DNA from: a virus
DNA length: 64,000 nucleotides
IMG/VR virus record: IMGVR_UViG_3300013132_006127
Reading direction: 5' to 3' (one strand)
The first letter of the stretch is position 1, and the number at the start of each line of letters is the position of its first letter. Under the pieces are notes generated by a model. It searched no databases. It had not been told where the DNA came from and saw only the letters and a program-made list of their open reading frames with translations. Below, in pieces: positions 57,011 through 64,000 of this stretch. Made by a program: the position numbers and the translations under genes.

Positions 57011-57474
57011 ATATTTATGATTTTACGTGTGACTTTGTTAGAGTCGATCACAATGAATATAGATGCAATACGTGCGGAATACTTATATCTTATAGTGGAT
57101 TAGAGAAACCCATAATGATATGTCCTAAAAAAATGAGTTTAAATAATCCAGAAAATTATGGTATTAGAGTCTCTGAAGTCGAGGTACAAGATAAAAAAGT
57201 AGAAACACCACTACAACCTCCTTCTCTAATGGAAAAAGTTCTTAACTTTACTAAATCTGCCACTAAACACGCTTTGGCTGGTAGTCCCAAATGTACAGAT
57301 GAACAAATACATTATAGATACAATATATGTACTCAGTGTGAGTTTTTCAAAAATAATACATGCACTAAATGTGGATGTAATCTAGTTAGAGAAAAAATCT
57401 ATATGAATAAACTAGCTTGGGCAGATCAATCTTGTCCTGTTGGGAAATGGGGGCCGGTAGACCCAACTAGCTAA
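57007..57474 (+). CDS. Cys-rich metal-binding protein (DUF6171-like C-terminus)
   Basis: RYNICTQCEFFKNNTCTKCGCNL..K.AWADQSCPVGKW plus an N-terminal CNTCG. Confidence 0.65.
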   Translation: MNIYDFTCDFVRVDHNEYRCNTCGILISYSGLEKPIMICPKKMSLNNPENYGIRVSEVEVQDKKVETPLQPPSLMEKVLNFTKSATKHALAGSPKCTDEQIHYRYNICTQCEFFKNNTCTKCGCNLVREKIYMNKLAWADQSCPVGKWGPVDPTS

Positions 57475-58178
57475 TTGAGAAACTTAGGATTCTGCCTAAT
57501 AATAGCGGGTTGTAGCCAATACGAATTAATTTGTGGATTATTTTTTAACCAAAAATTATATTCCCAATCTATCGGATAAGATATTTTATATATTTCTGCT
57601 TCTTTTAAAAATTTTTCTGCTACGGAATTCTTTAATAGAACACAGTCAGCATATCGAGATTCTGACACTTTGAAAAATCTAGTATCACACTTATAATTTA
57701 ATGAACTACTAGGATCCTCTCCCGTAATGTTTCTATATGTGCAGTTTAGATCTCTCTTTCCGGATGAAACCCATAATATGTCCGAGTCTTGAGGTTTATC
57801 GTTAAATATCAGTTCTAAATTATTAGCAAAATTATTTTTATCATCTATAAGTATATCATCTTCACAAATCATAGACCAGTTGTTTGGATCTTTTTTTGAT
57901 ACTATCTTAAAAGATTCTAAATGATTTAAGACAACAGCAAAAGCCCTAGTAGAAAAGTATTCTTTATATGATAGCTTATATACTGGGTTTCTATTAAATG
58001 GAGGTAAACCATAATAACTATAGAAAAGATTATTATCTATATTGGATTCATTATATTTGTAAGTATAGCAAATACTCCCACAAATACCTTGTATAATAGA
58101 TATTTGTTCCAAAAGGTCCTGAAATCTCACAGAACCCTTATCTGCTATGAAACAAACATGATCCAACAAAAAAGACAT
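57471..58178 (-). CDS. Glycosyltransferase family 25-like protein
   Basis: MICEDDIL, YADCVLLKNSVAEKFL, PIDWEYN and YWLQPAIIRQ match the GT25 pattern. Start moved to ATG 58178, right after the upstream stop at 58180. Confidence 0.75.
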   Translation of the reverse strand: MSFLLDHVCFIADKGSVRFQDLLEQISIIQGICGSICYTYKYNESNIDNNLFYSYYGLPPFNRNPVYKLSYKEYFSTRAFAVVLNHLESFKIVSKKDPNNWSMICEDDILIDDKNNFANNLELIFNDKPQDSDILWVSSGKRDLNCTYRNITGEDPSSSLNYKCDTRFFKVSESRYADCVLLKNSVAEKFLKEAEIYKISYPIDWEYNFWLKNNPQINSYWLQPAIIRQNPKFLN

Positions 58179-58179
58179 T

Positions 58180-58509
58180 TTACTTAGCGTCTTTTTCTTT
58201 ACTCCATTTGTGCCATCCTCTATTCGGTAGATAATTACCTTCATCATCTTTGCGCTTAGGAAATAATGTGCCGCCTTTTTTGTGTTGACCGAAAGCCAAT
58301 ACAGCACCACAATCTGCGCATCTTAGTTCGAAGTAATCATTACCATCAACATTTCTCACAACGAATCTCAGATTATGGCTTTTACATAATCCACAAGATT
58401 CTTCACCGAAGATTTCTTGTATCGCTGCTAATTCCTTAAATACTTCTTTTTGTCCAGCTCCTTCAAGCTCGAACTCTAATCTATCACCAACTTTATACCT
58501 TAATTTCAT
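58180..58509 (-). CDS. Zinc-ribbon phage protein
   Basis: CGLC...CADCGA.LAFGQHKKGGTLFPKR. Confidence 0.7.
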   Translation of the reverse strand: MKLRYKVGDRLEFELEGAGQKEVFKELAAIQEIFGEESCGLCKSHNLRFVVRNVDGNDYFELRCADCGAVLAFGQHKKGGTLFPKRKDDEGNYLPNRGWHKWSKEKDAK

Positions 58510-58511
58510 AG

Positions 58512-59261
58512 TTATCTCCAGTTTGCGTCATAGCCCATAATATCAGTAGGTATATCATTCAAATTTTGTTGTAATTTTGATAGTTCTCTCAATACCACAA
58601 CAGCGTTTTCATGAGATATTTCATAAATATTCGAATGTTCTATGCCAAGATTTGACAATAGACCCTTCACATTTATATTAACTCTTTTTGAGATAACGTC
58701 AATGAAATTAATTTGATTAGGACTAATTTTACTAACATTTAACCCATCCGGATGATCCTCTATTTCTTTTGCTACCTCTTCCGCTGCTACAACCTTTCTT
58801 AATCTTAACCCTCTGCGTAAAGCCCTACCCTCCGCTCGGGTTTCTGCAACAGCGACCGGATGGTTACGGTATATCTTGTCACAGTTACCCCAATAAACGT
58901 CCGCAGCGCCCTCTACAACCAATGTATTTAAATTATTGGGGTCCGAGGACTCAGGATTTAAACGATAGGTTATGGAGTGTACCACGGTAGCTCTTTTTTC
59001 GTTTTCTGGTGAAGGAGATTGGGCCACTTGGGTAGTAGAAGCCAAAACTCTACAATTAAGAGCAATTTCAAATACTCTTCTTAATCCGTCTGTTGTGGGA
59101 TTCCCACTAATCTTTTCGTCATCGGTCAAAAGACTAAGAACATGGTCCGTCCATTCAATATCATGAATAGTAACGGGTCTTTTTACTACCACATCCCCGC
59201 TCTCCGTCGATGCCGCCTGTACAACCTCTTCTTTACTAACACTGTCCTTTTTCTTACTCAT
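58512..59261 (-). CDS. Rad52/Rad22-like single-strand annealing protein
   Basis: RATV..I..EGAADV..HPVAVAETRAEGRALRRGL..AAEE annealase motif, plus a C-terminal IS.NQINFI helical module. Confidence 0.65.
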   Translation of the reverse strand: MSKKKDSVSKEEVVQAASTESGDVVVKRPVTIHDIEWTDHVLSLLTDDEKISGNPTTDGLRRVFEIALNCRVLASTTQVAQSPSPENEKRATVVHSITYRLNPESSDPNNLNTLVVEGAADVYWGNCDKIYRNHPVAVAETRAEGRALRRGLRLRKVVAAEEVAKEIEDHPDGLNVSKISPNQINFIDVISKRVNINVKGLLSNLGIEHSNIYEISHENAVVVLRELSKLQQNLNDIPTDIMGYDANWR

Positions 59262-60058
59262 TATTCATCCTCTATATTAATTGATCTTTTACTAGGGTCC
59301 GGAAAATTTTTCTTTATGTTCTTAAGGGTTTCTTCTAATTTAGTATAGATTAATTCAGCTCTAGTTGGAGAAAAATCCTTGAGCTGTTTTATTCTAATCA
59401 AGGCCAAACCTTTACCTAATATTAGTCCTGTTTTTTTATTATCATACTTGATATTCTTTTTTAGAGATTCATCACCCCATACAGGAACAAAATGAGAAGG
59501 TCCATCAACCTCTATTGCTGTATTTATGGTAGGTAGAAACAGGTCTATTTGCAACTTGGTATTTAGTAGCATTTGCTCCTTATGAAAATCCACCTTCCAA
59601 CCATTCTCCAAGAGTTTATTCAGTAGATACTTCTCTAGCTTTGATCCTGTTTTACTAGATTGTCTTACTGCTTCTTGGGCGCTGTGTTTCATATTTTCTT
59701 TTTCATCTTCCGACAGTTTGTTCCAATTGTCTTTTGCTTTTTGTTTTATTTGGGCTAACTCGTTTTCTGATAAATTTTGCCAATGGTTCATTATGGACAT
59801 GCCTATTTTTGTTTTAACTGAGGCATCTCTGGTTTTACCTTTGGTTGGATGTTTATGCTTTCCTTTTTGTAAAGCGTTCTTTTGAGCAGAGCTTTTATCT
59901 CTTATTGGTATTTTAAATTTTTGTGCGTCTCTTCTAATTTTATTAGCATAAGTACCACAGTTTTGAGCAATGTCTGCAAAGCTTAATTGTTTGGTCACAT
60001 AAAGATCTTGAATTATCTTTTTTTTATCGGTATCTGTTAATTTGTTATAGTTTTGCAT
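59261..60058 (-). CDS. Free-standing Vsr/DUF559-type (EDxHD-like) putative homing endonuclease
   Basis: N-terminal HTH (LSFADIAQNCGT..IRR), NUMOD3-like basic segment (KGKTRDASVKTKI), C-terminal SKLE..QIDLFL..AIEVDGPSH..YDNKK..G..LIRI. Confidence 0.75.
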   Translation of the reverse strand: MQNYNKLTDTDKKKIIQDLYVTKQLSFADIAQNCGTYANKIRRDAQKFKIPIRDKSSAQKNALQKGKHKHPTKGKTRDASVKTKIGMSIMNHWQNLSENELAQIKQKAKDNWNKLSEDEKENMKHSAQEAVRQSSKTGSKLEKYLLNKLLENGWKVDFHKEQMLLNTKLQIDLFLPTINTAIEVDGPSHFVPVWGDESLKKNIKYDNKKTGLILGKGLALIRIKQLKDFSPTRAELIYTKLEETLKNIKKNFPDPSKRSINIEDE

Positions 60059-60509
60059 ATTCCATTACTTTCTGATAATTTGATGGCTCGACAACCTCCG
60101 GTTTCTTCCAACACAAAGAATATAATTCTTGATCCTCTTGGTTAGGAATCATTAAAACATCGCAAGATTCTTCGTATAAAGCCTTCAGGTCTGTATAGTT
60201 AATACTTTTGTTCATTACTAACCACTCGGGCCTTAAGGCGTAGAAAATTTTCTTACAAATACAATGTTTTAGAAAAAGCATATTTTTTAGATTAAAAGCA
60301 ATAATTGGGGATGTAAAAAACTTTGCTTCATTAATGTGTAATGTCGAGAATTTGTTTAATGATTCATCTTGTCTGTTGTATACGGAATTAAATAGTATCA
60401 TATCAGTATATGGATATTTTGTTGCTAAACTATTTATATAGTTAACAATAAAATTAGATTCTGTACTATTATCAATTTCTATAGATAGAAAACCAATCGA
60501 TTGTTTCAT
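60045..60509 (-). CDS. Hypothetical protein (possible glycosyltransferase N-lobe-like fold)
   Basis: Rossmann-like beta/alpha pattern and glycosylation-cluster context; fold call is weak. Confidence 0.55.
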   Translation of the reverse strand: MKQSIGFLSIEIDNSTESNFIVNYINSLATKYPYTDMILFNSVYNRQDESLNKFSTLHINEAKFFTSPIIAFNLKNMLFLKHCICKKIFYALRPEWLVMNKSINYTDLKALYEESCDVLMIPNQEDQELYSLCWKKPEVVEPSNYQKVMEYAKL

Positions 60510-61291
60510 AATATATGCTTTTGTATAAAATTTTTATAAGAGTTTTTGACTATATCATTAATTTGTAATTTAGATTTATCCACAGACGATATGACATCCT
60601 CTGTTATTTCTTTTGTTTTTTTCAAAAAGCTATTATTTTCTAAAGCTATTGTTTGTTTATCTAGTATAAGAGCATATAAAAGATAATTTAAATTAGTATC
60701 AATATATAGTTTGCAACTATCTATCATCCTTACCATCGTCTCATCATCCACAAAACCTAAGTTTTGAGAGACATTAATAGTAGAACTATTAAAAAGTTTA
60801 ATTTTAAGTTTACTATTAGGATATAAGATCTTTTCTAAAGATTCCTGTAGTTTCTCTATATCAGATATATCTGCTAAAATATCTTCTGTCTCTATTCTAT
60901 TATCTGGTAATTTTACACTATTAATTAGTTGTTCGCTATACATAGCATTAGCCTTGATAGTGTTTTTCTGTTTGATTTGAGATTGTTTGGATGTTGCCAA
61001 ATCTTCTCTAATTATACATCTGATCATAGAAGAGGCATCATTGTATAGTTGTAAGTTAAATTTATCGAAGTATAAATAAATTTTGGTATATTTGTTAAAT
61101 TTTTGAATAAAGTCTATAATTTCTTTATTGATCATTGAAGACTGAAATAAATAACCCGATATATCTTTTTTATGCATATGATACTGATCGAATAATTTTC
61201 CTGGAACTATAGCCATTGGCTGTTCGATCAAGGACATATCATATATAAAATGCTTAGTAAAAATATTGCTTGTTGACTGTAATAAGAACAT
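60506..61291 (-). CDS. Hypothetical protein, degenerate GT-B-like
   Basis: QNLGFVDDETMVRMIDSCKLYID..YALILDKQTI resembles the GT-B C-lobe. Confidence 0.5.
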   Translation of the reverse strand: MFLLQSTSNIFTKHFIYDMSLIEQPMAIVPGKLFDQYHMHKKDISGYLFQSSMINKEIIDFIQKFNKYTKIYLYFDKFNLQLYNDASSMIRCIIREDLATSKQSQIKQKNTIKANAMYSEQLINSVKLPDNRIETEDILADISDIEKLQESLEKILYPNSKLKIKLFNSSTINVSQNLGFVDDETMVRMIDSCKLYIDTNLNYLLYALILDKQTIALENNSFLKKTKEITEDVISSVDKSKLQINDIVKNSYKNFIQKHIL

Positions 61292-61292
61292 A

Positions 61293-61970
61293 TTATTTAA
61301 CTAATTTGTGTTTTTGGTTTTTAATATAGTAGACTTTACTATCAATTGGTATGAATTTGGTATTGCATTCTTTTAAGGAATAGTTGATAATTTCGAATAT
61401 ATTTGAATTCTTATGTAATTTTGAAAGGGTCTGTATTTTTGTTTTATATTTTGGACAAATCGATAGCATATTAATCCATTTAGGATTTAGATCATAAAAC
61501 ATATACTCTACATTTGTATCATGTACAGTACATCCTATATCAAATTCTTTGTTAGACTTGTTGGTAAATATAATGTTATTATCTAAACTTAAGTTCTCTG
61601 CAAATGAAAATGGTTTTTGTAACAAAACACCAGAATCCATTATAAGAGTTGGCAGATCATTGTCTATTTGTTGTAATCCTAGCATCATAGCGTATGACTG
61701 ATTCCATTTTTTATATTCTGTATTATCTACTATAATAGTGTTTTTATGCTTTTTAGAAATGTCCAATTTTTTTATTAGTCTTTCTTTATCAAAACCAACA
61801 ACGATAACTATTCTTGATTCTTTGTCAATATTAGAGCTTGTTTGTTCTAATTGATGATTAATAACTATGTCTGTTTTATTATGCAGTTTGATTTTAAGAA
61901 GGGCTTTGGGCCCAAAAGATTTCATGCCTTTGGTTTGTTCATGATGTAATAAAACCAAATTATACTTCAT
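61293..61970 (-). CDS. Sugar/choline-phosphate nucleotidyltransferase-like protein (degenerate)
   Basis: KGMKSFGPKALLKI..HQL..IVIVVGFDKE..VDNTEYKKWNQSYAM.LGL..LIMDSG follows the NTP_transferase/LicC layout, but the AAGxGxR motif is replaced by HHEQTKG. Confidence 0.65.
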   Translation of the reverse strand: MKYNLVLLHHEQTKGMKSFGPKALLKIKLHNKTDIVINHQLEQTSSNIDKESRIVIVVGFDKERLIKKLDISKKHKNTIIVDNTEYKKWNQSYAMMLGLQQIDNDLPTLIMDSGVLLQKPFSFAENLSLDNNIIFTNKSNKEFDIGCTVHDTNVEYMFYDLNPKWINMLSICPKYKTKIQTLSKLHKNSNIFEIINYSLKECNTKFIPIDSKVYYIKNQKHKLVK

Positions 61971-62466
61971 ATATTTTTCGGTCTAAAGCTTTGATTTTAC
62001 TCAATATATCACAATCTCTATTTTTTTCATTAGAATTATAAATAGATACTGCTGTACAGAAAATATCATATGGATTATTAGAGCTGATAGCTCCGAATAG
62101 ATCTGATGAATATTTAGAATTTGTAATGATTTCATTAGCTTGATTAATAAAGTTATTATTTAGTAGCTTAGGAGATTTGGAAATAATTAAATGAGATGTG
62201 TGACTTTGATTATAGTTTGTATCTAAAATTGTGTCTACAATTTCGCCGTCGCTTATTTCGGACCTAACAATACTATGCACTTTCCATCTATATGGCGTTT
62301 TTTTAGGTTCTAAATATTTGACTAAATTATTGAGCCCATAAAGATAGTTAGGTTTATAAACTATAGATAAATAATTTACATCTTGTAATGACAATAACTG
62401 TTCTAGTATATTTTCATTAAAGAATTCTAGAAAAACTATACAATAATAAGATATCTTGTTATTCAT
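61960..62466 (-). CDS. Hypothetical protein
   Basis: ATG 62466 (MNNKISYY) preferred as start; lies in the operon. Confidence 0.6.
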   Translation of the reverse strand: MNNKISYYCIVFLEFFNENILEQLLSLQDVNYLSIVYKPNYLYGLNNLVKYLEPKKTPYRWKVHSIVRSEISDGEIVDTILDTNYNQSHTSHLIISKSPKLLNNNFINQANEIITNSKYSSDLFGAISSNNPYDIFCTAVSIYNSNEKNRDCDILSKIKALDRKIYEV

Positions 62467-62875
62467 TACTGACGCTCTTAACAATTTCTAGTTTAATTAA
62501 ATATTCATCATATACTAAATGCTTAATATAAAAACCCACATTAGTTATGATTGATATCATTGATGTTTCGTTCAAAAGGTTCCTTCTACCTTTAAATATT
62601 AATTCATTTAGTTTCTGTTCATTAATTTTATTGAAATTATAGTCATTGATAATAGACTCTAAATGATTAAACTGTATAAAGCATGAGCCCCCATAGGCGG
62701 TTTTATCAAAAAGCAGAGACAATAAGCTAGAGACATCCTCAAAATCAATATAATTAATCTCTTGAAAAATTATACTTTCACATGTACCATTGGTTAATTC
62801 CTGAGCCTCTTGTATAGATAACTGATATTCCTCTTTATTACTAGGTTCTGCTATATAAATATGTATGTTGCTCAT
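62459..62875 (-). CDS. Truncated class I methyltransferase-like protein
   Basis: LTNGTCESII..INYI..LL..K..YGG.C.I resembles Methyltransf_11 motifs downstream of motif I; no Gly-rich SAM loop. Confidence 0.4.
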   Translation of the reverse strand: MSNIHIYIAEPSNKEEYQLSIQEAQELTNGTCESIIFQEINYIDFEDVSSLLSLLFDKTAYGGSCFIQFNHLESIINDYNFNKINEQKLNELIFKGRRNLLNETSMISIITNVGFYIKHLVYDEYLIKLEIVKSVSNE

Positions 62876-63777
62876 AATGCTAGTCCTCTATTATTAATAT
62901 TTTCTAGTATACTGTCTATATCCGAAGCCCCTTCTTCTGCAAAACCTATTTTAGGTAAACTCGTTGTGTTATTAGTGAAATGTGTAATTTTTGATACCAT
63001 TTCATCAAAATCACGATAAACATAATCTTGTTTGCCTTGATGGTCTTTGTTATAAATTAATGCTGGGGTTCCACAATTAATTGAGTAAATAATATTGTAT
63101 ATATTAGTTGGATTTAATTCAATAATAATCTTAGACGTTTCGAATATATTTATTAATGTATTAGATGAAAAATTATTACGACAAATATTTACTTTTAGAT
63201 TCAAATTTTTAAGTCTATTTACTATAGATGTTGTTTGCTTAATATCTTGACCACCTAAAAAGATAGATACATCTACTGTTTTTCCCTTATTTTGTATCCT
63301 GTTTTCTAAATCGTCTTGAACAGTGAAGGGTAGGTAGAAGATTCGATTAATATCTAAATCTAAAGATAATGCTATATCATATAATGCTTTATTAGCTATT
63401 AGCATAATATATGGATAATTACCCAAAATATTGCTTTCTAAATCTATCAGATCCTCCTTGGTGTGGATAAGATATATTAGCGGTATATGTGACGTTAGCG
63501 TTGCTTCTATGTTTTTATTAACATTGCTACACATCTGAAAATTATATGGCACAACCAATCTTGTATTTAGTAATTCTTCAAGACTATAACTATCAATTAG
63601 ATTGATGGCTTTATCTACTATTACTTTGTTAGATATGAAAAACTTTTCTGTTTTTTGGGCAACACTGTGTCTGATAAAATGATCAAAACAGCTACCATGA
63701 GGTCTATAAAGAATACGATATAAACTAGTGTTTGTTAATCTTTGTATAGTATTGCCTACATTATCTCCAAAGAACAT
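62872..63777 (-). CDS. GT4/GT-B glycosyltransferase-like protein (degenerate)
   Basis: LINIFETSKIII..YNIIYSINCGTPALI aligns with the GT4 L..S..(E)..EAM.CG.P.I region, without the acidic residues. Confidence 0.55.
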   Translation of the reverse strand: MFFGDNVGNTIQRLTNTSLYRILYRPHGSCFDHFIRHSVAQKTEKFFISNKVIVDKAINLIDSYSLEELLNTRLVVPYNFQMCSNVNKNIEATLTSHIPLIYLIHTKEDLIDLESNILGNYPYIMLIANKALYDIALSLDLDINRIFYLPFTVQDDLENRIQNKGKTVDVSIFLGGQDIKQTTSIVNRLKNLNLKVNICRNNFSSNTLINIFETSKIIIELNPTNIYNIIYSINCGTPALIYNKDHQGKQDYVYRDFDEMVSKITHFTNNTTSLPKIGFAEEGASDIDSILENINNRGLAL

Positions 63778-64000
63778 ATCTTCTCTCCTATAGCTTGATA
63801 AGTAAAAGCCTCAGTTGTTTCTCTGGCTTTTTGTTTCTTAGATAGCATTAGATCTCGATTGCTTAGTAGATCAAGTCTAGCTTTTCTAAGAACTTGTACT
63901 ATATCGTATATTGTTGGATGCATCCACGTCTCATTACTGCTATATGTATCAAGAGTAGCGGAACCATCATCACTTAAACAGATTTCTGGTTTTGCAGGAA
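63756..64000 (-). CDS. C-terminal fragment of a GT4-type glycosyltransferase (start beyond the window; not in the ORF track)
   Basis: Manual translation: ..SNETWMHPTIYDIVQVLRKA..KKQKARETTEAFTYQAIGEKICSLEIM*, matching the W..P....L...R.A...A......F.Y..IG end of phage GT4 proteins. Confidence 0.6.
   Translation of the reverse strand, partial: PAKPEICLSDDGSATLDTYSSNETWMHPTIYDIVQVLRKARLDLLSNRDLMLSKKQKARETTEAFTYQAIGEKICSLEIM

Larger units (their letters stand above)
1..64000. other. Segment of a large tailed phage genome (tail module plus converging glycosylation/recombination module)
   Basis: Giant tape-measure-like ORF, tail-fibre and hub-like ORFs, Rad52-like annealase, abutting or overlapping genes, no cellular housekeeping genes. 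Confidence 0.93.

Noticed and set aside
57471-57474. Bidirectional terminator at the convergence point
   Set aside because: The stop codons overlap with no intergenic space, and no convincing hairpin is visible
58179-58310. 44-aa N-terminal extension of the GT25 ORF
   Set aside because: Overlaps the zinc-ribbon gene; ATG 58178 directly follows that gene's stop

Overview
AT-rich, gene-dense segment of a large tailed (Caudoviricetes) phage genome in the standard genetic code. No rRNA, tRNA, CRISPR array or IS element was seen. Positions 1-57474 (+) are a virion/tail morphogenesis block: a 5'-truncated giant tape-measure-like protein (>5140 aa in the window), a 2240-aa beta-helical fibre, ~18 kb of modular adhesin genes (Fn3, RCC1 propellers, LecA-like and FGE/C-type-lectin-fold domains on Thr/Pro stalks), probable tail-tip/hub genes and a Cys-rich protein. 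Positions 57471-64000 (-) converge on it and encode glycosyltransferase-like and other sugar-enzyme-like proteins, a Rad52-like annealase and a Vsr/DUF559 endonuclease. The main finding is that the tape measure looks like a polyprotein. Five copies of the lambda-gpH-type C-terminal cassette (DT[V/I]PA[M/L]LTPGEFVxN) and about 19 xxxGG motifs mark the borders of apparent cargo domains: a nucleotidyltransferase tail, a PD-(D/E)xK-like nuclease, an HExxH peptidase, a GNAT and SHD1 repeats. This suggests a GG-processed payload injected with the DNA. Other notable points are a circularly permuted FGE/CLec domain, Cys-bracketed domains on mucin-like stalks encoded next to a glycosylation cluster, and several hints of a Planctomycetota/PVC host. 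All domain calls come from motif recognition by eye; no searches were run.
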